A stretch of DNA of 32,000 nucleotides from Mycolicibacterium smegmatis. Its GTDB lineage: Bacteria > Actinomycetota > Actinomycetes > Mycobacteriales > Mycobacteriaceae. Made by a program: the position numbers and the translations under genes. Below are positions 14,577 to 23,433 of the stretch, one piece after another; position 1 is the stretch's first letter, and each line of letters opens with the position of its first letter. Location of the stretch: the NCBI RefSeq assembly GCF_001457595.1, contig NZ_LN831039.1, positions 960,001-992,000 on the forward strand, in the 5' to 3' direction. The notes beneath the pieces are model-generated. The model did not search any database. It was not told the DNA's origin and saw only the letters and a program-made list of their open reading frames with translations.

Positions 14577-16810
14577 CGCTTCTCGGCGAACTCCCGCAGC
14601 GACTCCACCTGCGCGGGATCCAGTGACGGACGCACGGTTTCGCGCGCCTTGGCGACGTCGGCGGCCGTGACGTCGGCCGCGTCGATCGAGCGGCGCATGG
14701 CCGTCATCGCCGATTCCCGCAGCAGCGCAACGCAATCGGCCGCGCTGTAGCCGTCCAGATCGTCCGCCAGGCTGTCGAGGTCGACATCATCGGCCAGCGG
14801 GATGGATTTGCCTGCGGTACGCAGGATGTCGCGGCGCGCGGCGGCGTCCGGCGGTTCCACGAACACCAGGCGCTCGAGGCGCCCTGGCCGCAGCAACGCC
14901 GGGTCGATAAGGTCGGGCCGGTTGGTGGCGCCGAGCACGACGACGTCACGCAGCGGCTCGATGCCGTCGAGTTCGGTGAGCAGCGACGCCACCACCTTGT
15001 CGGTGACCCCGGAGTCGAAGTTCTGTCCGCGGCGCGGCGCGAGCGCGTCGATCTCGTCGAGGAACACCAGCGAGGGCGCCGAATCCCGGGCCCTGGCGAA
15101 CAGTTCCCGCACGGCCTTCTCCGAGGAGCCGACCCATTTGTCCATCAGCTCAGAGCCTTTGACGGCGTGCACCGACAACCGACCCGAACTGGCCAGGGCG
15201 CGCACCACGAACGTCTTGCCGCACCCGGGCGGACCGTAGAGCAGCACGCCGCGCGGCGGGTCGATGCCGAGGCGGGAGAACGTGTCGGGGTGCTGCAGCG
15301 GCCACAACACGGCCTCGGTGAGCGCACGCTTGGTCTCGACCATGTCGCCGACATCGTCGAGCGTGACCGAACCGACCGACACCTCCTCGGACGCCGAACG
15401 CGACAACGGCCGGATGACCGTGAGCGCGCCCTCGAGGTCCTCGTGACGCAGCACCGGATCGTCGTCGGAGGAACTGGCCCTCGCGGCCGCCCGCAGCGCG
15501 CCCTCGCGGACCACGGCGGCCAGATCGGCCACCACGAAACCGGGTGTGTGATCAGCGATGTCGCCCAGATCGAGGTCCTCGGACGGGACCCCGCGCAACA
15601 GCATCTCCAGCAGCGACCTGCGGGCCGTGGCGTCGGGCAGGCTCAACCCCAGTTCGCGGTCGCACACCTCGGGTGCGCGCAACCGGGCGTCGACGTTCTC
15701 GGGAACCGCGGACGTCGCGATGAACGCCACGCCTGGCGTGGCAACGGCCTTGCGCAGTTCGGCGAGGATCAGCGTCGCCACGGGTTCGGGTGGCCGCATC
15801 TCGTTGCCCGCGGGCAGCAGCGCGTCGACGTCGGCGATGAACAGGACGCCGCCGGACTCGGTCACGGCCGCCACCGCCGACGTGACGCTGCGCAGGCGTT
15901 CGTCGACCTGCAGCGCACCGACCTCGGGGCCGTCGAGTTCCACCACGCGCCGCGAGGCGCAGACCGCGCGCACCATGGTGGCCTTGCCGACGCCGGCCGG
16001 ACCGGACACGAGCACGCCCAGATGCGGTGTGGCGCCCAGGGTCTTGAGAAGTTCGGGCTCGTCGAGGGACAGCCGCAGCCACTCGTCGAGTTTGACGGCC
16101 TGCGGATGGGTCACCTTGACGTCGTCGAACGACACGGGCTGTTCGGACCGTTGCGGGCTGACGGTGTGCCGGCCCGTGGGTGGTGGTGCGGGATCTTCGG
16201 GAGTACCGGTACCCCACGACACCACCGAATTCGGTTGCACGCTCACCGTGCCCGGCGGATCGACCGCGGTGACGGTCAGGAGCTCGGAGGTCCAGGTGAT
16301 GCCCACCGACGACGCCAGAGCGCTGGTGGCCGCCGAGGTGGACGTGCCGGGTCCGAGGTCGCGGGGCAGCAGCGAGACGGTGTCGCCGACCGTCATCACC
16401 TTGCCCAACAGGGCCATCCGCAACGTCGCGGGGGAGATGGACTGTGTGGCCAGGCGTGAACCAGACACCGTGACCGACCGCGCGCCGTACACCGTCACGG
16501 GCGACACCAGCACGGCGGCGTTCTCGCGCACCCCGGCGTTGGACAGCGTGACGTCGTCGAGCAGTGCGGTGCCGGCGGGCACCCCGGGCCCGGCCACGCC
16601 CGCGACGGCCGCGGTGGTGCGCGTCCCGGTCAGGGCCACCGCATCCCACTCCCGGATGCCGAGCGCGGCAAGCACTTCGGGATGCAGACGCACGACGCCG
16701 CGGCGGGAGTCCAGCGCGGAGGTGTTCAGGCGTGCCGTGAGCCGCAGATGGCTGAGGGGGGTGTCGTACTGATCGGCGCCGCCGAATTCGTCGTCGAAAC
16801 CCTGCGACAT
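14573..16810 (-). CDS. Cdc48/p97-like double-ring AAA+ ATPase (Msm0858 / Rv0435c type)
   Basis: I place the start at ATG 16810 (MSQGFDDEFGG...). The N-domain (VRLHPEVLAALGIREWDAVALTG) is Cdc48-N-like. D1 has Walker A GPAGVGKAT. D2 has Walker A GPPGCGKTF, Walker B LVFLDEIDAL, and GATNRPDLIDPALLRPGRLER. It sits directly downstream of pssA-psd-moeA, as I recall for mycobacteria. Confidence 0.9.
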   Translation of the reverse strand: MSQGFDDEFGGADQYDTPLSHLRLTARLNTSALDSRRGVVRLHPEVLAALGIREWDAVALTGTRTTAAVAGVAGPGVPAGTALLDDVTLSNAGVRENAAVLVSPVTVYGARSVTVSGSRLATQSISPATLRMALLGKVMTVGDTVSLLPRDLGPGTSTSAATSALASSVGITWTSELLTVTAVDPPGTVSVQPNSVVSWGTGTPEDPAPPPTGRHTVSPQRSEQPVSFDDVKVTHPQAVKLDEWLRLSLDEPELLKTLGATPHLGVLVSGPAGVGKATMVRAVCASRRVVELDGPEVGALQVDERLRSVTSAVAAVTESGGVLFIADVDALLPAGNEMRPPEPVATLILAELRKAVATPGVAFIATSAVPENVDARLRAPEVCDRELGLSLPDATARRSLLEMLLRGVPSEDLDLGDIADHTPGFVVADLAAVVREGALRAAARASSSDDDPVLRHEDLEGALTVIRPLSRSASEEVSVGSVTLDDVGDMVETKRALTEAVLWPLQHPDTFSRLGIDPPRGVLLYGPPGCGKTFVVRALASSGRLSVHAVKGSELMDKWVGSSEKAVRELFARARDSAPSLVFLDEIDALAPRRGQNFDSGVTDKVVASLLTELDGIEPLRDVVVLGATNRPDLIDPALLRPGRLERLVFVEPPDAAARRDILRTAGKSIPLADDVDLDSLADDLDGYSAADCVALLRESAMTAMRRSIDAADVTAADVAKARETVRPSLDPAQVESLREFAEKR

Positions 16811-16811
16811 G

Positions 16812-17672
16812 TCACCTTCCCGGCTTGCGGAGACCCAGGCGCGCCATCGACCGCCGATGCGGCTGTGCACGACGGATGGCGCGGCGCGCGGCGCGCCGCT
16901 GTTTCGGTTTCACGTCCCACGACTCCGGATGGCTGGCCACCCAGTGCTTGGTGCGGACCGCGAACGGGATGTGGATCACGTAGGCCACGATGATGACCAT
17001 GATCACGATGTAGCCGTAGAACACCGACGCCGCAACGCCGATGGCCACCAGCACCAGCAGCGGGGCCGCCATGTTCGGCGACACCGAGAACGTGTGGATC
17101 TTGCGCATCGGGATCCGGCTGACCACCAGCAGCGAGACGCCGATCATCCAGATGATCACGACCCACTCGGCCGTCACGCTGTTCCACCACTCGCCGGGCC
17201 ACTGCATCTTGGCCGCCAGCGGGCCGATCGCGCCGATCGCACCCGCGGGGGCAGGCATGCCGACGAAGTACTCCTTCTCGTACGCGGGCTGGTCCACGTC
17301 CAGCAGCGCGTTGAACCGCGCGAGCCGCAACACGATGCAGACCGCATAGAGCAGCACCACGATCCAGCCCACCCGCGAATGCGACAGCAGCGTGCCGTAC
17401 ACGATGAACGCAGGTGCCACACCGAAGTTCACGGCGTCGGCCAGCGAGTCGATCTCCTCGCCCATCTTCGAGGTGGCCTTGAGCATGCGGGCCACCCGCC
17501 CGTCGAGTGCGTCGAGGATCGCCGCGGCCGCCAGGAACGCCATGGCCTCGGTCGGCCGGTTGTCCAGGGCCATCTTGACCGCGCTGAGACCCAGGCAGAT
17601 GGCCGCCACCGTCAGCGCGCTCGGCAGCATGCGGACCGTGAAGGACGGGCGCTTGATGCGGGCCTTGATCAT
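16812..17672 (-). CDS. pssA: CDP-diacylglycerol--serine O-phosphatidyltransferase
   Basis: I place the start at ATG 17672, overlapping the psd stop (ATGA). It carries the CDP-alcohol phosphotransferase motif [28 protein letters not shown]. The 286-aa polytopic product has a basic tail. Confidence 0.9.
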   Translation of the reverse strand: MIKARIKRPSFTVRMLPSALTVAAICLGLSAVKMALDNRPTEAMAFLAAAAILDALDGRVARMLKATSKMGEEIDSLADAVNFGVAPAFIVYGTLLSHSRVGWIVVLLYAVCIVLRLARFNALLDVDQPAYEKEYFVGMPAPAGAIGAIGPLAAKMQWPGEWWNSVTAEWVVIIWMIGVSLLVVSRIPMRKIHTFSVSPNMAAPLLVLVAIGVAASVFYGYIVIMVIIVAYVIHIPFAVRTKHWVASHPESWDVKPKQRRAARRAIRRAQPHRRSMARLGLRKPGR

Positions 17673-18367
17673 GCGAGCTCCGCCAGCACCGTTTCGCCGG
17701 CCAGGGTGCGCTGACCGTGAGAGACGAGCACCCTGGCGTCCGCAGGGAAGTAGGTGTCCAGGCGCGAACCGTAGCGGATCAGGCCGTAGGTGTCGCCGAT
17801 CGAGAGCTTGTCGCCGACGTGGACGTCGCACACGATGCGCCGCGCGATCAGACCGGCGATCTGCACCGCGATGATGTGCACACCCTCGGGGGTGCGGATG
17901 ACGACACTGTTGCGTTCGTTGTCCTCACTGGCGGCTTCCAACTCGGCCGAGTGGAAGCGGCCGGGCCGGTGACGCACAGCGACCACCTCGCCGCCGATCG
18001 GCGCGCGCTGCACGTGCGCGTCGAGCACCGACAGGAAGATGCTGACGCGTTGCATCGGGATATCCGGCAGTCCCAGTTCGGCCGGGGGCGTGGCCTCGCC
18101 CAGCAGGCAGATCAGCCCGTCGGCCGGCGCCACCACGACGCCCGGCCGGGTCGGTGGGACCCGCGGCGGGTGCCGGAAGAACGCGGCATTGGCGCCCGCC
18201 GAGATCAGTCCCGCGCGCCGCATCCACCGCCGCTTGCGGCCGAGCAGGGCGACCGCGAGGCTCGCGCCGACGAAAGGAAGGCCCGCCGAATGCATCGGCG
18301 GAATGCTGGAGCGCACCAGCGCCGCGAGGCGTTCTGGGCCGGATTGGAGATCGGGGCGTCTGGCCAT
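17669..18367 (-). CDS. psd: Phosphatidylserine decarboxylase proenzyme
   Basis: 232-aa ORF of the short archaetidylserine/PS decarboxylase type. It has a conserved GxS self-cleavage site in [14 protein letters not shown]. It sits immediately upstream of pssA. Confidence 0.85.
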   Translation of the reverse strand: MARRPDLQSGPERLAALVRSSIPPMHSAGLPFVGASLAVALLGRKRRWMRRAGLISAGANAAFFRHPPRVPPTRPGVVVAPADGLICLLGEATPPAELGLPDIPMQRVSIFLSVLDAHVQRAPIGGEVVAVRHRPGRFHSAELEAASEDNERNSVVIRTPEGVHIIAVQIAGLIARRIVCDVHVGDKLSIGDTYGLIRYGSRLDTYFPADARVLVSHGQRTLAGETVLAELA

Positions 18368-18402
18368 CGGCTGGATTCTACGTGCGACGGGTGCCGTGAT
18401 CG

Positions 18403-19590
18403 CTAGCTCAGGTCCCAGACCTGGACCGACGTCCCGGCGGGCACCTCGGTGAGGTCTTCGCCGATCTCCAGCAGACAGTTCGCCGAGGCCAGCCAGCGCA
18501 GGTGATGCGACGCCGGAGGCCCGTAGCTGGTGACGGTGTCGCCGGTGAGCACCCCGCGGCGGAACTGGCGTTTGCCTGCCGGTGAGGTGAGCGACTCGGT
18601 GAGCGTCGCGGTGAGCTTGGGCCGTTCCGGTTCGGGGTGCCCCATCGCCGCGCGCAGCGGCGCGCGGACGAACACCTCGAACGACACGAGCGCGCTGACC
18701 GGGTTGCCGGGCAAGGTGATGATGGGCGTGGAGCCGACGACACCGGAACCCTGAGGCATGCCGGGCTGCATCGCGACCTTGACGAAGTCGACCTGCTCGG
18801 CCAGGGCGTCCTTGACCACTTCGTAGGCGCCCGCGCTGACACCGCCCGTGGTGATGATCAGGTCGATGTCGCGGGCGTGCTCGGCGAGCACCGCGCGGAA
18901 GTTGTCGACGTCGTCGTGCGACATGGGCGACGAGATCACCTGCGCGCCGGCGTCGCGGACCGCGGCGGAGAGCATCACGGCGTTCGACTCGTAGATCTGC
19001 CCGGGCTGCAGCGGCGTGCCCGGTTTGACGAGTTCGCTCCCGGTGGACATCACCATCACGCGCTGTGGCGGGATGACGGTCAGCTCGGCCAGTCCGAGGG
19101 CCGCGGCCAGGCCCAGCGCGGCCGGGGTGACCATCTGACCGGCGTGCAGCACCGTGGTGCCTGCCGTGACGTCCTCGCCCGCGCGGCGGATGTGCTGGCC
19201 CGGCCGTGCGGCCGCGCGGATGGTCACCGTGTCGGTCGCGCCGTCGGTGGCCTCGACCGGGATCACCGCGGTAGCGCCGGCCGGAACCGGTGCACCCGTC
19301 ATGATCCGGTGTGCCGTACCGACTTTCAGAGTCAGCGCGTCGGTGCGCCCGGCCGGGATGTCCTCGGCGACGGGCAGCAGCACCGGGGTGTCGGCCGTCG
19401 CGCAGGCGATGTCCTCGGCCACGACGGCGTAACCGTCCATCGCCGAGTTGTCGAACCCCGGGAGCGAGAGCGGCGCCACGACATCGGACGCGAGCACCAG
19501 GCCCAGCGCGTCGGCGATCGGAACGGATTGCGGGTCACGGGCTTTGATCAGGCCTGCGACGATTCTCTGGTGTTCTTCGACGGTACGCAT
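18403..19590 (-). CDS. moeA: Molybdopterin molybdotransferase MoeA
   Basis: I place the start at ATG 19590 ([14 protein letters not shown]...). MoeA signatures are [14 protein letters not shown], the MoCF-binding core [16 protein letters not shown], and [15 protein letters not shown]. Confidence 0.9.
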   Translation of the reverse strand: MRTVEEHQRIVAGLIKARDPQSVPIADALGLVLASDVVAPLSLPGFDNSAMDGYAVVAEDIACATADTPVLLPVAEDIPAGRTDALTLKVGTAHRIMTGAPVPAGATAVIPVEATDGATDTVTIRAAARPGQHIRRAGEDVTAGTTVLHAGQMVTPAALGLAAALGLAELTVIPPQRVMVMSTGSELVKPGTPLQPGQIYESNAVMLSAAVRDAGAQVISSPMSHDDVDNFRAVLAEHARDIDLIITTGGVSAGAYEVVKDALAEQVDFVKVAMQPGMPQGSGVVGSTPIITLPGNPVSALVSFEVFVRAPLRAAMGHPEPERPKLTATLTESLTSPAGKRQFRRGVLTGDTVTSYGPPASHHLRWLASANCLLEIGEDLTEVPAGTSVQVWDLS

Positions 19591-19595
19591 GATCC

Positions 19596-20519
19596 TCACA
19601 CCGGGTAGCTGACGCCGGTCAGCTCTTCTGAGACGGCCCACAACCGGCGTTGCAACTCCGGATCACGGGACTGGGAACTGGATTTCACGAGCTTGGGGTG
19701 TCCGCGCACCTCGCGGAACCCGTCCGGGCCGTAGTACTCGCCGCCCTTGACGCCGGGATCGGTGGCCGCGCGCAGCGTCGCCAGCGCGCCCATCAGCGGG
19801 CTGTTGGAGAACAGGCTCGCGATCTGGTGGTAGCCGGGCAGCCCGGTGCCGGGGATGTGCCGCATGAGTTCGGTGTTCGACAAACCGGGATGGGCGGCCA
19901 CCGAGATGGTCGGCTTGCCTGCCGCGGCGAGGCGACGCTGAAGTTCGTACGCGAACAACAGATTCGCGAGCTTGGACTGGCCGTACGCCTCGACCCGGTT
20001 GTAGCGGCGTTCCCACTGCAGATCCTCGAAGTGGATCTTGGCGCGGATGCGGTGGGCCACGCTGGCGACGGCCACCACGCGGGAGCCCTCGACCGGCAGC
20101 AGGTTGTCGATGAGCAGACCCGTCAGCGCGAACGGCCCCAGATGGTTGGTGCCGAACTGCAGCTCGAACCCGTCGACGGTGGTCTGCTTGGGCGGATACA
20201 TCACGCCGGCGTTGTTGATCAGCAGGTCGATGTGCGGGTAGGCGCTCTTGAGTTCGTCGGCCGCGGTGCGTACGGAATCCAGTGACCCCACGTCCAGCTT
20301 CTGCAGCTTCAGATCGGCCTTGGGTGTCGAGGCCATGATCCGGTCCACGGCATCGCGGCCCTTGTCCAGGTTGCGCACCGCGATGACCACGTGCGCGCCC
20401 TTGGCGGCCAGCACCCTCGCGGTCTCGTAACCCAGTCCGGTGTTGGATCCGGTGACGATGGCCACCCGGCCTGATTGATCGGGAACGTCGGCCTCGGTCC
20501 ACTTCGTGTCGGCGCTCAT
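19596..20519 (-). CDS. Short-chain dehydrogenase/reductase (SDR) family oxidoreductase
   Basis: I place the start at ATG 20519 (MSADTKWTEADVPDQSGRVAIVTGSNTGLGYETA). It carries TGxxxGxG, NNAG and the YGQSK catalytic motif. The 307-aa product is of the Rv0439c type by position. Confidence 0.85.
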   Translation of the reverse strand: MSADTKWTEADVPDQSGRVAIVTGSNTGLGYETARVLAAKGAHVVIAVRNLDKGRDAVDRIMASTPKADLKLQKLDVGSLDSVRTAADELKSAYPHIDLLINNAGVMYPPKQTTVDGFELQFGTNHLGPFALTGLLIDNLLPVEGSRVVAVASVAHRIRAKIHFEDLQWERRYNRVEAYGQSKLANLLFAYELQRRLAAAGKPTISVAAHPGLSNTELMRHIPGTGLPGYHQIASLFSNSPLMGALATLRAATDPGVKGGEYYGPDGFREVRGHPKLVKSSSQSRDPELQRRLWAVSEELTGVSYPV

Positions 20520-20556
20520 GGCTCGAACAATACGGTTCCTCGGGCATGCTCGACGC

Positions 20557-21096
20557 ATGGACCGCGAAGGTGAGGAGTATTCGGGCAGCACCGCATCGGG
20601 ATTGGTTTTGCTCGACCCGTCGAACCCGCCGAGCCGCAAGGCGCCCCTGGCGTGGGCGATGGGTGCGGCGATCCCGTGGTCGATGCTGGTCTTCGGACAG
20701 CTCGTGTGGCTTCTGTTCGATCGCAGGATGCTGTGGCTGCACGGTCTGGCCGCGGTCGCCACGGCGGCGGGCATCGTGCTGTTCGTGGTGATCGTGCCGC
20801 TGTGGCGGTACCGCGTGCACCGGTGGGACATCAGCGTCGACACCGCGACACCCGCGGTGTACACCCGCACGGGGTGGCTCGTGCAGGAGCGGCGCATCGC
20901 GCCGATCTCCCGCGTGCAGACCGTGGACACCTACCGCGGTCCGTTGGACCGGTTGTTCGGCCTGGCCAACGTGACCGTGACGACGGCGTCTTCGGCCGGG
21001 GCCGTCCGCATCGTCGCACTCGACGTCGACGTCGCCGACCGGGTGGTGGCGCTGCTGACCGACATCGCCGCGATCGGTGAACAGGACGCCACATGA
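20557..21096 (+). CDS. Bacterial PH domain (bPH_2) membrane protein, YdbS-like
   Basis: Two TM helices are followed by one bPH_2 repeat (YTRTGWLVQERRIAPISRVQTVDTYRGPLDRLFGLANVTVTTAS). I chose ATG 20557 as the start because the track start at 20506 would overlap the divergent SDR gene start. Confidence 0.75.
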   Translation: MDREGEEYSGSTASGLVLLDPSNPPSRKAPLAWAMGAAIPWSMLVFGQLVWLLFDRRMLWLHGLAAVATAAGIVLFVVIVPLWRYRVHRWDISVDTATPAVYTRTGWLVQERRIAPISRVQTVDTYRGPLDRLFGLANVTVTTASSAGAVRIVALDVDVADRVVALLTDIAAIGEQDAT

Positions 21097-22592
21097 CCGC
21101 ACCACCGCAACCGCCCGGTGCCGGGCCGCAGTGGCAGCGGCTGAGCCCACGCATGCTGCTGGTGCATCCGGTACACGAAGTGCTGCAGCAGATACCGCTG
21201 CTGGTCGGTTCGGTGGTGCTGGGGTCGGCGACCGGCAACCCGCTGTGGACGGTGGCCGCGATCGTGCTGACCATCCTGTTCGGGCTGGCGCGGTGGTTCA
21301 CCACCACCTACCGCATCGAACCGAACGAGGTGCAACTGCGCACCGGCGTGCTGCAACGCAAGGTTCTTGCGGTGCCGCGCAACCGGATTCGTTCGGTGTC
21401 CACCGACGCGCGGCTGCTGCACCGCGTCATGGGGCTCACCGTGCTGCGGATCAGCACCGGCCAGGAGGCCAAGGGCGACGCCGAGTTCGCGCTCGACGCC
21501 GTCGAAGCCGGTCAGGTGCCGCGGCTGCGTGCGATCCTGCTGGCCGATCTGGCCGACGCGAGTCCCGAGGAGCACGTGCCCGCTGGACGTGAACTCGCCC
21601 GCTGGCAGCCGGCCTGGCTGCGGTACAGCCCGCTGAGCTTCACGGGCCTGGCAATGATCCTCGCGGCGTTCGGCATCGTGTACCAGGCAGGGGCGGGTGC
21701 GCTGATGCGCGATTCGGCGTTCGCGCAGTCCGGTCTGGATGCCGCCGAACGACTCGGTGTCGCGGTCAGCATCGCGATCGTGGTGGGTGCGGTGCTGGTC
21801 GCCTCGGTCGTGCTGTCGGTGCTGCGCTCGTTGCTGACGTACGGGAATCTGGTGCTGACGCGGCGGGACGGCCCAGGCGGTGACGGAGTACTTCACTTGC
21901 AGCACGGGTTGCTGCGCGTGCGTGAACACACCTACGACACGCGTCGGCTGCGCGGCGGGACGCTGCGTGAACCGTTGCTGGTGCGCATGTTCGGCGGTGC
22001 GCGACTCGATGCGGTGATGACGGGCATCGGCGGCGAGGGCGAGGCGTCGCTGCTGTTGCCGCCGTGCCCGGCAGCGACGGCCCGTGGTGTGTTGACCGCG
22101 CTCATCGGGCGTCCCGACGCGGTGTCGGGCCCGTTGCGTCCCCACGGGCCCGCCGCCACGCGCCGCCGCTGGACCCGCGCCCTGGTACTGCCGGTGATCG
22201 CGCTGCCCGTGCTCGCCGTCGTCGGCGTCCCGGTGTGGGCATGGGTCCTGTGGGCGCTGGTCACGGTGGCCGCGGCGCTGCTGGCGGCCGACCGGTCACG
22301 CGCGCTGGGCCACCGCGTCGACGGCGACTGGCTGGTGGCGCAGGCCGGAAGCGTCGAACGCCGGCGTGACTGCCTGCACACCGACGGCATCATCGGCTGG
22401 ACGGTCCGGCAGACACTGCTGCAACGTCGCGCCGGGGTCGCCACGCTGATCGCGGCGACCGCCGCGGGCCAGAAGCGCTACGAGGTGATCGACGTCCCCG
22501 CGGGACAGGCGTGGGCGATTGCTGCCGCGGGGACGCCGTGGATAGCAGACAGTGTCTGGGCCCACACACCCGTGGGGTTCGACTTGCGCTGA
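21093..22592 (+). CDS. Bacterial PH domain membrane protein, YdbT-like (three bPH_2 repeats)
   Basis: 499-aa ORF whose ATG overlaps the upstream stop (ATGA). It alternates TM hairpins with bPH_2-like repeats (LRTGVLQRKVLAVPRNRIRSVSTDARLLHRVMGLTVLRISTG; HLQHGLLRVREHTYDTRRLRGGTL; AQAGSVERRRDCLHTDGIIGWTVRQTLLQRRAGVATLIAAT). Confidence 0.75.
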   Translation: MTAPPQPPGAGPQWQRLSPRMLLVHPVHEVLQQIPLLVGSVVLGSATGNPLWTVAAIVLTILFGLARWFTTTYRIEPNEVQLRTGVLQRKVLAVPRNRIRSVSTDARLLHRVMGLTVLRISTGQEAKGDAEFALDAVEAGQVPRLRAILLADLADASPEEHVPAGRELARWQPAWLRYSPLSFTGLAMILAAFGIVYQAGAGALMRDSAFAQSGLDAAERLGVAVSIAIVVGAVLVASVVLSVLRSLLTYGNLVLTRRDGPGGDGVLHLQHGLLRVREHTYDTRRLRGGTLREPLLVRMFGGARLDAVMTGIGGEGEASLLLPPCPAATARGVLTALIGRPDAVSGPLRPHGPAATRRRWTRALVLPVIALPVLAVVGVPVWAWVLWALVTVAAALLAADRSRALGHRVDGDWLVAQAGSVERRRDCLHTDGIIGWTVRQTLLQRRAGVATLIAATAAGQKRYEVIDVPAGQAWAIAAAGTPWIADSVWAHTPVGFDLR

Positions 22593-22617
22593 AACTCCCG
22601 GCGTTTAATGTCGCTGC

Positions 22618-23433
22618 ATGGCTATCGGTGGTGTGCTCTTCGACATCGATGGTGTGCTGGTGACGTCATGGCAACCGATCGAAGGTGCGGCCCAGACGTT
22701 GCGGGTGCTGGCCGACAACCAGATCGCGCGGTCGTACCTGACCAACACCACCACCAAGACCCGCGTCCAGATCGCCGAACTGCTGACCGCGGCCGGGATG
22801 GACGTCTCACCCGATGAGGTGATCACCGCTGCGGTGCTGACGGCGGAGTACGTGCGTGATCGTTTTCCGGGCGCACGGTGCTTCCTGGTCAACAGCGGCC
22901 GCATCGACGAGGACATGCCCGGCGTCGACGTCGTCTACTCCAGTGAGTTCAGCGGCCCACGCGCCCCGGAGGCTCCCGACGTGGTGCTGCTGGGCGGGGC
23001 CGGACCCGAATACAGCCATCTGACCCTCAGTTGGGTGTACGACTGGATGGCCCAGGGCGTGCCCGTGGTCGCGATGCACCGCAGCACCTCGTGGACCACC
23101 ACCGACGGGTTGCGCGTGGACACCGGCATGTACCTGATCGGCATGGAGGAGACCTCGGGCCGCAAGGCCACCGCCGTCGGAAAGCCTGCGCCGGAAGGTT
23201 TCCTGGCCGCCGCGAGCCGGCTCGGTGTGGACCCCGACGAGATGTACATGATCGGCGACGACCTCAACAACGACGTGCTGGCCGCGCAGGTGGTCGGCAT
23301 GACCGGCGTGCTGGTGCGCACCGGCAAGTTCCGGCAGAGTGTGCTGGACCGCTGGGCCGCAGACGATTTCGCGATGCAGCCCAACCATGTGATCGACTCG
23401 GTCGCCGATCTGCCTGCGCTGCTGGGCCTTTAG
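22618..23433 (+). CDS. HAD-IIA family hydrolase
   Basis: Motif I VLFDIDGVL, motif II LTNTT, and motif IV MIGDDLNNDV. The 271-aa length and cap arrangement are typical of HAD-IIA (NagD-like) phosphatases. Confidence 0.8.
   Translation: MAIGGVLFDIDGVLVTSWQPIEGAAQTLRVLADNQIARSYLTNTTTKTRVQIAELLTAAGMDVSPDEVITAAVLTAEYVRDRFPGARCFLVNSGRIDEDMPGVDVVYSSEFSGPRAPEAPDVVLLGGAGPEYSHLTLSWVYDWMAQGVPVVAMHRSTSWTTTDGLRVDTGMYLIGMEETSGRKATAVGKPAPEGFLAAASRLGVDPDEMYMIGDDLNNDVLAAQVVGMTGVLVRTGKFRQSVLDRWAADDFAMQPNHVIDSVADLPALLGL

Noticed and set aside
13155-14735. 526-aa minus-strand ORF spanning the TetR-SRPBCC gene
   Set aside because: Only the last 128 codons (from ATG 13541) look like a real protein. The upstream 398 codons are the shadow of the plus-strand TetR-SRPBCC gene and are Arg/Gly/Asp-rich.
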